From the NCBI GenBank assembly GCA_964397655.1, contig CAYNKA010000003.1, forward strand, positions 323,890 to 387,889: a stretch of DNA of 64,000 nucleotides, given 5' to 3'. The notes below the pieces were generated by a model. It did not search any database. It was not told where the DNA came from and worked only from the letters and a program-made list of their open reading frames with translations. Origin of the DNA: an uncultured Spirochaetaceae bacterium (GTDB taxonomy: Bacteria > Spirochaetota > Spirochaetia > DTKZ01). The translations under genes were made by a program, and so were the position numbers. Below are positions 27,354 through 40,427 of the stretch, one piece after another; position 1 is the first letter of the stretch; each line of letters begins with the position of its first letter.

Positions 27354-27776
27354 TCACACCTCGAAGTCGTAGGACTTGAAGTTCTCGTAGAGTCTTCCCG
27401 TCTTCGCGGTGAACCGGAGCACGCAGTAGTCCGGGTCCTTGACCCCGCCGGGGTAGTACATGGTGTCGCCGTCGCGCCAGATCCGGTCCTTCGTCCCCTG
27501 GTCCTCGAGGACCTCCATCGTGCCCTTCAGCATGAGGCCCCGGAAGAACCTGCCGTCGTAGAAGTAAATCGAGGCCTTGGGGTTCTTCCGGTACTGCCCC
27601 ACCCGGCGGGACGAGGTGTTCGTGGTGAAGCAGAAGGTCTTGAGGCCGTCGTGTTCCCGAGGCTTCAGCATGGCCTTCAGGTTCGGGAAGCCCTCCTCGT
27701 CCACCGACCCGATGATCGTCTTCCCGCTTTTTTCCACGACGGCGAGCGCCGTCTTCGTCACGTCCTTGGCCATCAC
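27354..27776 (-). CDS. Pyridoxamine 5'-phosphate oxidase-family (FMN-binding split barrel) protein
   Basis: 140 aa with a PNPOx-like fold (GFPNLKAMLKP...TNTSSRRVGQYRKNPKASIYFYD). Confidence 0.8.
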   Translation of the reverse strand: MMAKDVTKTALAVVEKSGKTIIGSVDEEGFPNLKAMLKPREHDGLKTFCFTTNTSSRRVGQYRKNPKASIYFYDGRFFRGLMLKGTMEVLEDQGTKDRIWRDGDTMYYPGGVKDPDYCVLRFTAKTGRLYENFKSYDFEV

Positions 27777-27800
27777 GTTCTCCTTTTCATCTCCGTTCTC

Positions 27801-27814
27801 GGTCCGCGGACCGG
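27801..27814. promoter_or_regulatory. Perfect 14-bp palindrome CGGTCCGCGGACCG in the divergent promoter region
   Basis: Self-complementary 14-mer between the PNPOx start and the lapA-like start. Confidence 0.25.
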
Positions 27815-27922
27815 TCGAACATCAGTTATACCATGGATTCCACGGCGGACGCACCGGTTGCGAAACAGGGATTTTTTTCGTAGAATTCGGGCATCGACGG
27901 ACGTCGATCTCGGAGGAAAGGA

Positions 27923-28207
27923 ATGAACAAGCTGTTTTTCACGCTGGTGTATCTCGCGCTTTTCACGATCCTGCTCGTCCTGAATTTCGCGAACAAAAGC
28001 GCGGTCAACATCTTCGGTTTCATCTACCGGGACGTTCCGGTCGTGGTGATCGCGCTTTCGAGCTTCCTCCTCGGCGTCCTGTACGCCTTCGTCCTCTGCG
28101 CGGTGAGCCATTTCCGCAAGAGAAGGAAGATCAAGGAGCAGGAAGAACCGCAGGCCCGCCCCGAATCTCCGCGGCAGGAACCGCCCGCGGTCCCGCCTTC
28201 GAATTAG
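27923..28207 (+). CDS. LapA-family (DUF1049) small inner-membrane protein
   Basis: RBS GGAGGAAAGG. Two TM helices followed by a basic then Pro/Glu-rich tail. Confidence 0.75.
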   Translation: MNKLFFTLVYLALFTILLVLNFANKSAVNIFGFIYRDVPVVVIALSSFLLGVLYAFVLCAVSHFRKRRKIKEQEEPQARPESPRQEPPAVPPSN

Positions 28208-28320
28208 AAGCCGCCCTTCCCTGCGCAGTCGAGGGAGTCACCGAGTTTCTCCCGATCTCCTCCACGGGACACCTCATACTCGTGAACCAAGATGTTCGAC
28301 GTCATCATCCTGATCGCGAT
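28207..28320 (+). pseudogene. Degenerate remnant of the 5' end of uppP (partial duplicate of 31492-31640)
   Basis: Translates to AALPCAVEGVTEFLPISSTGHLILVNQ, compared with UppP LKAALLGVVEGVTEFLPISSTGHLILVNQ. Nucleotide identity is about 85-90% over about 110 nt, with a 29-nt deletion. There is no start codon and stops are in frame. Confidence 0.55.
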
Positions 28321-28398
28321 CGAGCGGCGGCCTCACGAGGAGACCGTCTGTTCCGTTCCGGGCTCGAGCAGTTTCATGGATGATCGGAAAGGGTCGGC

Positions 28399-28812
28399 CT
28401 ATGCGGACGGGCCGTCTTGAAAGGCGGAGGCGATGATCCGCCTCAGTTCGGCGTCGCTCCAGGGTTTCTTCAGGACGGCGAGGATGTAATCGAAACCGCG
28501 TACCCGGTTTATCATCTCATCGTCCGCGTTTCCCGTCACCATGATGGCCTTGATTTGAGGATACTTCGTGTGGACCTTTTCCAGGAATTCGTCTCCCGTG
28601 AGCCCGGGCATGAGCCAGTCGGAGATGATCAGGACGACCCGGATCTCGTCCCTGCTCAGATCCTCTATGGCCTTCAACGCGTCGTTCGCATTGAGCGCCT
28701 GTTCGTAGATGAATTTGTTCCCGAACGCGCTCTTCAATTCCTGAACCAGGGAGAGCAGGATGATCATTTCATCGTCTACGCAGAGAATCGCCTTGTTTTT
28801 CATGAAGAACAT
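28399..28812 (-). CDS. Single-domain response regulator (CheY-like receiver)
   Basis: ILCVDDE...LIISDWLMPGLTGDEF...IMVTG, carrying the Asp and Lys receiver signatures. Confidence 0.85.
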   Translation of the reverse strand: MFFMKNKAILCVDDEMIILLSLVQELKSAFGNKFIYEQALNANDALKAIEDLSRDEIRVVLIISDWLMPGLTGDEFLEKVHTKYPQIKAIMVTGNADDEMINRVRGFDYILAVLKKPWSDAELRRIIASAFQDGPSA

Positions 28813-28822
28813 CTCTCCTCTA

Positions 28823-30565
28823 TCACGTTTTCTCGTCGTGCGCGGGCAAGGTGACGACGAACTCCGTTTTTCCTGGCCGGGAAGTGAAGTCCAACGTTCC
28901 TTTGAATTTTTCGACGATTCGCCTGCAGATATCAAGCCCCAATCCCATTCCCGCTCCATGCTTGCGTGTCGTGAAGAAAGGCTCGAAAATGCGGTTCCGG
29001 ATGCTCTCCGGGATTCCTGGGCCCGTGTCCTCCACGGAAATCCAAATCCGCCCGTTTCCGGTTCCCGTCCGGAAGGTGAGGGTTCCCCTGAAATCCATGG
29101 CCTGGGCCGCGTTCCTGATGATGTTCAGCAGCACCTGGTCGATTCCGTCGGCGACGCAGAGAACCGGCTCCGGGGACAGTTCCGAGCGGATCTCTATCCC
29201 GTGCTTCAACAAATTGTGCATGAGGGTGAGGACCCTCTTGAGTTCCTCGTTGACGTCAACGATCCGGTTCTCCATGGTTTCCGGCGACAGGTATGATCTC
29301 AACGCAGCGACCACGGCCGACGCCTTCTTCCCCGATTCGCCGATGATCTCCGCCATACGGCGGGCGACGACGGAGCCGCAGACGGCGGTCAGAATCTCGG
29401 GGGCCCCCTCCGTCCGCAGATACGGAACGAGCTCGTCGATCCTGCCCAACAGATACATGTCGCCGAGGATGTCCGCGATGCGCTCCGCCTCATCGATTCC
29501 GGCTTTCTGCAGGATCTCCGCCGCATCCCTTTTCGCCTTCCTGTCGTACAGGGGAAGGTTCGGGGTCCGGTTCTCGGCGAATCCGATTTCGAAGACGCGA
29601 AGATACAGTTCCCTCCCGGTTTCGTTCAGGCCGGTGAAGAATGCAGGCTGGTCCTTCAGCGATCCGTCGAAATACCCCAACAGGTTGTTGTTCGCGGATA
29701 TGATGGCGCCGAGGGGAGTGTTGAACTCGTGGGCGATGCCTGCGGAGAGCTGTCCCAAGATCGAGAGCTTGCCGGATTCCACCAGGCGTTCCTGCAGAAG
29801 GCTCTGCTCCGCGAGAGCCGCCTCCAGATCGGAGGTCCTCTCCGCTACACGAGCCTCGAGGCGGGCGTTCAGCTCCAGGAGCTCGGAGCTCTTTTCATGA
29901 ATGTTCCGGCTCATGTCGTTCAGGAGGTCGATGATCACGTCCATGTCCCGGTAACCGCTGTCGTCGATGCTATAGTCGTAGTTGCCCGCCCGTATCTCCT
30001 GAATTCCCTTCTCGACTGCGGCGAAGACCCGTCTCACCCTTTTTCTCAGGATGAACAGGATGACGAAAATGTTCGAAAGGAGGACCGTCACGATGAGCGC
30101 GGCCGTGATGAAGGAAAAGATCTCGATCATCTCGACGAACCGGCTCTCGTTGTACTCGATCGAGACGTTGCCCAGGCGGATATTCCGGAATTCGATCCGG
30201 CGGGCCTGAGGCTCGATCCATCGGGAATGCGCGTTCGCCTTCCTTTCGTAGACGATTCCGAATCCCTCGGCCTCTATCCTGATGCCGGAAATCCGGCCCG
30301 ACGAGATGAGGACCTCCGCAATCCGCACGACCTGCGCGGTCTCGACGTTGTAGAGAGGTTCCTTGAGGATGATCGCGATCTCATCGGCGGTGACGCGGGC
30401 CTCATGGTTCGCGTCCTTCCGCGTCAGGTAGATCACCAGAAAGAGGGAGCACATCTGCACGCAGAGAATGATCAGGATCGAGGTGATCAGGGAGATCGAC
30501 AGGCTCTCGTCCATGAGGCTCTTGCGACGCCGTCTTCTTCTGTCCGCCGACATGGTCGTGCTCAT
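28823..30565 (-). CDS. Sensor histidine kinase with periplasmic domain, HAMP, HisKA and HATPase
   Basis: Two TM helices. H-box SAGIAHEFNTPLGAI. N/G-boxes LLNIIRNAAQAM and DTGPGIP...GAGMGLGL. ATGA overlap with the upstream SBP gene. Confidence 0.85.
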   Translation of the reverse strand: MSTTMSADRRRRRRKSLMDESLSISLITSILIILCVQMCSLFLVIYLTRKDANHEARVTADEIAIILKEPLYNVETAQVVRIAEVLISSGRISGIRIEAEGFGIVYERKANAHSRWIEPQARRIEFRNIRLGNVSIEYNESRFVEMIEIFSFITAALIVTVLLSNIFVILFILRKRVRRVFAAVEKGIQEIRAGNYDYSIDDSGYRDMDVIIDLLNDMSRNIHEKSSELLELNARLEARVAERTSDLEAALAEQSLLQERLVESGKLSILGQLSAGIAHEFNTPLGAIISANNNLLGYFDGSLKDQPAFFTGLNETGRELYLRVFEIGFAENRTPNLPLYDRKAKRDAAEILQKAGIDEAERIADILGDMYLLGRIDELVPYLRTEGAPEILTAVCGSVVARRMAEIIGESGKKASAVVAALRSYLSPETMENRIVDVNEELKRVLTLMHNLLKHGIEIRSELSPEPVLCVADGIDQVLLNIIRNAAQAMDFRGTLTFRTGTGNGRIWISVEDTGPGIPESIRNRIFEPFFTTRKHGAGMGLGLDICRRIVEKFKGTLDFTSRPGKTEFVVTLPAHDEKT

Positions 30566-31332
30566 GGCCTGCCGGGACCGCGGTCCATATACTGCCGGAC
30601 GAACTTCTCGTAAACGCCGTTCTTCAGGCCCTCGCCGTTCGCCTCATCGAAGGCTTTCCGAAGGCGCCTTCCCCTTTCCGTATTCCCGAAGATGCTGTAC
30701 ACCTTCACCTTTTCCACGGGCAAGGGAAGGACACGGACCTTGTCCTCATAACCGTATTGACGGAGATAATGCACGAAGGAGACGAGGTTGAGATCCAGCA
30801 CCGCGTCCACGCGGCGGGCAATGAGCATCTTGAGCTGGACTTCCCGGTAGTCCTCGCTGGATATGAGGTCGAAGGCGATCCTTTCGTGGACCAGCAGGGG
30901 CGGTATGTAAGCCGACTTGATGAACCCGATCCTCCGGTCGAAAAGGTCTTCGGGCCTGCGGACCGCGGTTATTGGGCTGTCCCGAAGCACGGCCATGCAG
31001 ATCGTTATTTCCGTCAGATGGGTGTTCGGGAACAGGAAAACCGCTTCCCGTTCCGGGATCTTCGTAAGGTGGGATATGACGTCGACCTCGCCGTTCTCGA
31101 GCATGCTTTCTATTCTTTTTATCGGGAAGGGGCCGACCACCTCGAGCCCGACGCCCATGCGCGGGGCGATATATTCCCGCCAATAGTCCACGGTTATTCC
31201 CCTGTGCCCGCTTCTCTCTCCTGCGACGGTGTTGAACGGCTCCAGCTGATAGATCGCCATGCGGACCGTCTCCGACGCGGCGGCATGGCAGACGAGGACG
31301 GAAAGCAGCACAGTAATCCGGGCTGTTTTCAT
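30562..31332 (-). CDS. Periplasmic substrate-binding protein (family 3 SBP-like), partner of the kinase
   Basis: RBS GAGGAGG 8 nt before the ATG. Signal peptide MKTARITVLLSVLVCHAAA. About 250-aa SBP_bac_3-like domain. Confidence 0.75.
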   Translation of the reverse strand: MKTARITVLLSVLVCHAAASETVRMAIYQLEPFNTVAGERSGHRGITVDYWREYIAPRMGVGLEVVGPFPIKRIESMLENGEVDVISHLTKIPEREAVFLFPNTHLTEITICMAVLRDSPITAVRRPEDLFDRRIGFIKSAYIPPLLVHERIAFDLISSEDYREVQLKMLIARRVDAVLDLNLVSFVHYLRQYGYEDKVRVLPLPVEKVKVYSIFGNTERGRRLRKAFDEANGEGLKNGVYEKFVRQYMDRGPGRP

Positions 31333-31479
31333 GCAGTGGACCTCCTCATGAAAAAGAAGGCTCATGGTCCATGATACGCTCATAATAATGCTTCAGGGAG
31401 CCGAATTCAAAAATCTGCCGGCCTTCCAGCCCGGCCTGCCCCACTTGCGCGTTTCGCGATTTTCCACTACTAGAATGGC

Positions 31480-32283
31480 ATGACGGAACTACTGAAAGCC
31501 GCCCTTCTCGGCGTCGTGGAGGGAGTGACCGAGTTCCTCCCGATCTCATCGACGGGACACCTCATCCTCGTGAACCAGTTCATCTCCTTCGGCGCGGAAT
31601 TCACGAGGATGTTCGACGTGATCATCCAGCTCGGCGCCATCCTCGCCGTCGTCGTTATCTTTCGGGACAAGCTCTTTCCCTGGGGAAAGACGAAAACACC
31701 GGAGGTGAGGAAGGAAACTTACGATCTCTGGAAGAAGAGCGTCGTCGGCGTCCTCCCCGCCCTCGTCGTGGCCGGCCTGTTCCACGACACGATCGAGAAG
31801 CACCTCTTCTCTCCCTACGTGGTCGCGATCTCGCTCGTCCTGGGGGGCGTAGCGCTTATAGCCATGGACCGGAGGGCTCATAGGGTAACCGTCGCATCCC
31901 TCCCCGCCCTGGGTTACCGGACGGCATTCCTCGTAGGCGTCTTCCAGTGCCTCGCCATGATACCGGGAACCTCACGCTCGGCCGCGACCATCGTGGGGGC
32001 GCTGCTCCTCGGCTGCTCCCGGCCGGTCGCCGCGGAATTCTCCTTTTTCCTGGCCGTTCCGCTCATGGCCGCGGCGACGGGCTATTCCCTGCTCAAGATA
32101 GGATTCGGCATGACGGGGACGGAAGCCGCCGCCCTGGCGGTAGGTTTCGTCGTCTCGTTCCTGACGGCCTGGGCCGTCGTCGGAAAATTCATCGAGTTCG
32201 TCAAGCGGCGCGACTTCGTCCCCTTCGGCTGGTACCGGATCGCGCTCGGCGCCGGAGTGCTGCTCTGCTTCATCCTGAAATAG
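31480..32283 (+). CDS. uppP: Undecaprenyl-diphosphate phosphatase
   Basis: UppP/BacA motifs VVEGVTEFLPISSTGHLIL and PGTSRSAATI. 267 aa, 8 TM helices. Confidence 0.9.
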   Translation: MTELLKAALLGVVEGVTEFLPISSTGHLILVNQFISFGAEFTRMFDVIIQLGAILAVVVIFRDKLFPWGKTKTPEVRKETYDLWKKSVVGVLPALVVAGLFHDTIEKHLFSPYVVAISLVLGGVALIAMDRRAHRVTVASLPALGYRTAFLVGVFQCLAMIPGTSRSAATIVGALLLGCSRPVAAEFSFFLAVPLMAAATGYSLLKIGFGMTGTEAAALAVGFVVSFLTAWAVVGKFIEFVKRRDFVPFGWYRIALGAGVLLCFILK

Positions 32284-32308
32284 CCGTCAGGAAATAGGAG
32301 ATTTTCGA

Positions 32309-33082
32309 ATGCCGGACTGGAACCCCGACCTCTACCTGAAATTCAGGAACGAGCGCACCCAACCGTCGATCGACCTCGCCGCGAAGATCGAACTCGAGAG
32401 TCCGGCGTCCATCCTCGACATAGGATGCGGGCCGGGCAACAGCACCCAGGTCCTCGCGCGCCGCTGGCCGGAGGCGGAGGTCGCCGGCCTCGACAACTCG
32501 GCGTCGATGATCGAGAAGGCCGGCAAGGATCATCCGGGGCAGCGCTGGATCCTCGGCGACGCCGCTTCCTTCGAGCCGGGCCGCTCGTGGGACCTCGTAT
32601 TCTCCAACGCGTCCATCCAATGGATTCCGGACCACGAGCGGCTCATCCCGAAATTCTTCGGCCTGGTGGCGAAGGGGGGAGCGCTCGCGATACAGATCCC
32701 GAGGTTCGACGCCATGCCGCTCTACCGGGCCATCGTCGAGACGGCGGCGGGCGCGAAGTACCGGGACCACACGCGGGGCTGCGGCGAGCTCTCCACCTAT
32801 CACGACGAGTCGTTCTACTACGGGCTCCTGTCCGGCCCCGCGGCGAGGCTGGACATGTGGGAAACCTCCTATTTCCACGTCCTCGGGTCGCTCGAGGCCC
32901 TCGGCGACTTCATCCGGAGCACGGGCATGAAGCCCTATCTCGACCGCCTTCCGGCCGAAGCGGACCGGAGGAGCTTCGAGGCCGAGGCGCTGGAGAGGTG
33001 CAGGGACTCGTATCCGGCCCGGGCGGACGGCAGGATACTCTTCCCCTTCCGGAGGCTCTTCTTCGTGGCGTACCGAGCGTGA
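32309..33082 (+). CDS. tam: Trans-aconitate 2-methyltransferase-like SAM-dependent methyltransferase
   Basis: RBS TAGGAG. Translation MPDWNPDLYLKFRNERTQPSIDL...ILDIGCGPGNST, the Tam family N-terminus plus SAM motif I. Confidence 0.8.
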   Translation: MPDWNPDLYLKFRNERTQPSIDLAAKIELESPASILDIGCGPGNSTQVLARRWPEAEVAGLDNSASMIEKAGKDHPGQRWILGDAASFEPGRSWDLVFSNASIQWIPDHERLIPKFFGLVAKGGALAIQIPRFDAMPLYRAIVETAAGAKYRDHTRGCGELSTYHDESFYYGLLSGPAARLDMWETSYFHVLGSLEALGDFIRSTGMKPYLDRLPAEADRRSFEAEALERCRDSYPARADGRILFPFRRLFFVAYRA

Positions 33083-33120
33083 ACGATCCGGGCTTGCCCC
33101 GAAGAATCGGCGTCGATAGA

Positions 33121-33336
33121 ATGGGAAACGCAATCGGAGGCGACGTGGACGGCAGACGAAGATCGGACGTGAAACCCGGAGCGAAGGTTTCGATCGTGCT
33201 CAAGGAAGACCAGCGTTCGGGAAAGCTCACCGAGGGAATCGTGGCGGACATCCTCACGAACTCGCCGGAGCATCCGCACGGAATCAAGGTGAGGCTCGCG
33301 AACGGGCTGGTCGGCCGGGTGAAGATCATACATTGA
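33121..33336 (+). CDS. YwbE-family small protein (DUF2196)
   Basis: 72 aa. KLTEGIVADILTNSPEHPHGIKVRLANGLVGRV is typical of the YwbE family. Confidence 0.7.
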   Translation: MGNAIGGDVDGRRRSDVKPGAKVSIVLKEDQRSGKLTEGIVADILTNSPEHPHGIKVRLANGLVGRVKIIH

Positions 33337-33349
33337 CGAGGAGGCTTCG

Positions 33350-33868
33350 ATGAAGGAGACATTCCTGCTCCTGGCGGACTACAACGCAAAGACCAACCGG
33401 GAAATGCTCGAAGTGCTCGACAAGGTCCCGGCGGGCAAGCTGACCGAGAAGAACGGTCTCTTCTTCGAATCGATCGCGGGCACCTTGAACCACCTTCTTC
33501 AGGCCGACGTCTTGTGGCTCGAGCGGTTCGCGGCGAACGTCCCCGAGCTCGCCGACGTCGCGTCGAAACTGCCAGCCGTGAAGCCGAAGGATCCGAAGGG
33601 ACCCGCATTCGCCGATCTTCCCGCATTCAGCAAGACCCGCGCCGCCGCGGACGAGGCGATCGGGGAGGCGATGAGGCTCTTTCCGGAGGGCAGGTACGGT
33701 TCGACCCTCGTCTACCGGAACATCAAGGGCGAGGAGCAGAAAAAGATCGCCTGGCAGGCGGTGCTCCATTTCTTCAACCATCAGACCCATCACCGGGGGC
33801 AGGTGGCCGCGGCCCTCGACCAAATCGGCGTGCAGAACGATTTCTCCAACCTGATCTGGAAATTCTGA
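33350..33868 (+). CDS. DinB-family (DinB_2) metal-dependent hydrolase-like protein
   Basis: DinB four-helix-bundle pattern with ...LNHLLQADVLWLERF... and the HQTHHRGQ His triad. Confidence 0.8.
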   Translation: MKETFLLLADYNAKTNREMLEVLDKVPAGKLTEKNGLFFESIAGTLNHLLQADVLWLERFAANVPELADVASKLPAVKPKDPKGPAFADLPAFSKTRAAADEAIGEAMRLFPEGRYGSTLVYRNIKGEEQKKIAWQAVLHFFNHQTHHRGQVAAALDQIGVQNDFSNLIWKF

Positions 33869-33935
33869 CCCGCGGGCGGCATCGAGGCCGCCCCTGCGGT
33901 TTACACGAGGCCGGAAGCCGGCTATCATTCCATCT

Positions 33936-34754
33936 ATGGACCACACGATCATCACGAGCAGGACCAAATTCTTCGGGCTCATCGCGGACCCGATCGGCCA
34001 CGTCCGGGCCCACGCCTACGGCAACATGAACCTCGCGAAGCGGGGGCTCTTCGGGGAATACGTCTACGTTCCCCTGCACGTCGCGGCCGCCGACCTCGCC
34101 CGCGTGCTCGACGGACTTCGGGGAACGAAAAACTTCGGAGGCGCCATCGTCACCATGCCTCACAAGGAGGCGATCATCCCCCTCCTCGACGAAGCATCGC
34201 CCATGGTGAAACTCGTCGGGGCCTGCAACATCGTCAAGAGGGAGGAGGATGGGAGGCTTTTCGGCGAGAACCTCGACGGAGAGGGCTTCGTCCGGGGACT
34301 CCTGAACGAAGGCCGAGCAGTTGAGGGAAGAAGCTTCTACCTGGCCGGCGCGGGCGGCCTCGCCTCGGCGGTCTCCTTCGCCCTCGCCAAACACGGCGCC
34401 GCTTCCATCGTCCTCGTCAACAGGACGACGGCCAGGGCCGAAGCGCTCGCGGCACGGATCGGAAAGGCGTTTCCGAAGGTGGATGTCAGGGTCGGACCCG
34501 GCCCGGAGGAACGGTTCGACGTCGTGGTGAACACGACCTCCGTCGGCCTCGAGGAGGACGACCCTCCCTCGATTCCCGAGGGCGTCATGCGCCGAGGCGC
34601 ATTCGTGGCGGACTGCATCGCGGCCCGCGACACCACGGCCCTCCTCGAGAACGCGAGGAAGGCGGGACTTCCCTGCCAGAACGGCATACCCATGATCGAG
34701 ACGCAGTCGAACCTCATTCTGGACCTCTTCGGAGCCCGGAAACGGGAATCGTGA
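33936..34754 (+). CDS. aroE: Shikimate dehydrogenase
   Basis: FGLIADPIGHVRAHAYGNMN...AIVTMPHKEA...GACNIV and YLAGAGGLASAV (NADP site). Confidence 0.85.
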   Translation: MDHTIITSRTKFFGLIADPIGHVRAHAYGNMNLAKRGLFGEYVYVPLHVAAADLARVLDGLRGTKNFGGAIVTMPHKEAIIPLLDEASPMVKLVGACNIVKREEDGRLFGENLDGEGFVRGLLNEGRAVEGRSFYLAGAGGLASAVSFALAKHGAASIVLVNRTTARAEALAARIGKAFPKVDVRVGPGPEERFDVVVNTTSVGLEEDDPPSIPEGVMRRGAFVADCIAARDTTALLENARKAGLPCQNGIPMIETQSNLILDLFGARKRES

Positions 34755-35722
34755 AGCTCAAGCTCTTCGTCGACCTCGACGGGGTCCTCGCGGACTTCGA
34801 CGGCGGAGTCCTCGCCCTCACGGGAAAGCTCCCGAGGGACCTCGAGCCGAAGCGCATGTGGGGCATCCTGGCCAGGGCGCCGGGCTTCTACGCGAACCTC
34901 GCCTGGACGCCTGGGGGTCGCGGGCTCTGGGAACGCCTCCGTCCCCACCGCCCCACCGTGCTCACCGGGCTTCCCATGGGGAAGTGGGCCGAACCCCAGA
35001 AGCTCGCCTGGTGCGCCCGCGAGCTCGGCCCCGACGTGCCGGTCGTCGCGTGCATGTCGCGCGAGAAGGCGGCGAAAGGCAGGGCCCTCACGCCGCAGGA
35101 CGCCGTCCCCGTGCTCATCGACGACAGGGAGAGCCTCGGGGAGGCCTGGACGGCGATGGGAGGGGTCTTCATCCACCACAAGGACCCCGAGGCGAGCGCC
35201 GCGGCCTTCGAGAGCCTGGCCGGCGGGAACAGGGCGACCATCAGGCCCCTCAGGCTCGAAATCGAGCTCCCGGCCCTGCGCAGGCTCATCAACGAGGCTT
35301 TTCTCACGGTCGCCGAAGAGTTCGGGCTCACTTCGGAGAACGCGCCCACGAACCCCGCCTTCATCACCGAAGAAAACATCCTGGAACAGGCGCGGAAGAA
35401 ATCGACGGTCTTCTACGGAGCGTACCTTGCCGAGGAACTCGCGGGCTGCTACGCCCTCGAAAAGGCGAACGAAGCGATCTGGTACCTCGAACGGCTCGCC
35501 GTGCACCCCTCGCGCAGGCACGCGGGCCTCGGCGGCCTTCTCCTCGACGACTGCCTCGCGCGGGTGAGGGAAAGCGGCGGGGAAAAGGTATCGATCGCGA
35601 TCATCGACGAAAACACCCGGCTCAAAACCTGGTACATCGGACACGGCTTCACGGAAACCGGAAAGAAGACCTTTCCCCGCCTCCCCTTCACGGTCTGCTT
35701 CCTGGAAAAGAACGTGCGCTGA
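34751..35722 (+). CDS. Fusion protein: HAD-superfamily 5'(3')-deoxyribonucleotidase-like domain plus GNAT N-acetyltransferase domain
   Basis: GTGA overlap with the aroE stop. N-terminal HAD motif I FVDLDGVLADF. C-terminal GNAT core LAVHPSRRHAGLGGLLL. Confidence 0.75.
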   Translation: MKLKLFVDLDGVLADFDGGVLALTGKLPRDLEPKRMWGILARAPGFYANLAWTPGGRGLWERLRPHRPTVLTGLPMGKWAEPQKLAWCARELGPDVPVVACMSREKAAKGRALTPQDAVPVLIDDRESLGEAWTAMGGVFIHHKDPEASAAAFESLAGGNRATIRPLRLEIELPALRRLINEAFLTVAEEFGLTSENAPTNPAFITEENILEQARKKSTVFYGAYLAEELAGCYALEKANEAIWYLERLAVHPSRRHAGLGGLLLDDCLARVRESGGEKVSIAIIDENTRLKTWYIGHGFTETGKKTFPRLPFTVCFLEKNVR

Positions 35723-35768
35723 TAGCTCCGGGGCTGGAGGTTGCGATTCGCGGCCGAGGGCGGTATCA

Positions 35769-35933
35769 TTGAAGCGGGAACGAAAGGAGGTTTCGCCGTG
35801 GAAGTCCGAGCTCTACTTCGCGGTATCGAAGCAGGTGCCGGAAGCCGAAAACGTCCCGATTTCGGGGACTTTCCTGAGCAAGGTGTTCGAAGACCCCTAC
35901 AGCGCGGTGCCGGAGTGGATGAAGGAAAGGTAA
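35769..35933 (+). CDS. Small hypothetical protein (about 54 aa); start uncertain (TTG)
   Basis: Only the frame giving ...SPWKSELYFAVSKQVPEAENVPISGTFLSKVFEDPYSAVPEWMKER has the genome-typical high GC3. The obvious AAGGAGG-7nt-GTG at 35798 lies in the +1 frame, whose translation is low-complexity and GC3-poor. Confidence 0.4.
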   Translation: MKRERKEVSPWKSELYFAVSKQVPEAENVPISGTFLSKVFEDPYSAVPEWMKER

Positions 35934-35980
35934 GCCGCCGCCGGGGAAAAAGGAAAAAAACTCAAAAAACAATATTTCTA

Positions 35981-36010
35981 TTACACAACCTGCCCGAAAT
36001 GCGCTAAAAT
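35981..36010 (+). promoter_or_regulatory. Sigma70-like promoter TTACAC-18-TAAAAT for the hybrid kinase gene
   Basis: Lies in an AT-rich stretch about 135 bp upstream of the ATG at 36143. Confidence 0.35.
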
Positions 36011-36142
36011 CTACGGAAGGAATTACGTCGTGGCTTTCGCCGAAACGGAAACCTGAAGACCGCCCCTTCACCGAATGATACCACGGGTAACGGGAAAAAA
36101 GTCTCGGCACGGGCTCGACATACTGCTTATCAGCGAGGTATC

Positions 36143-40420
<4,278 letters not shown>

Positions 40421-40427
40421 GGCTGCA

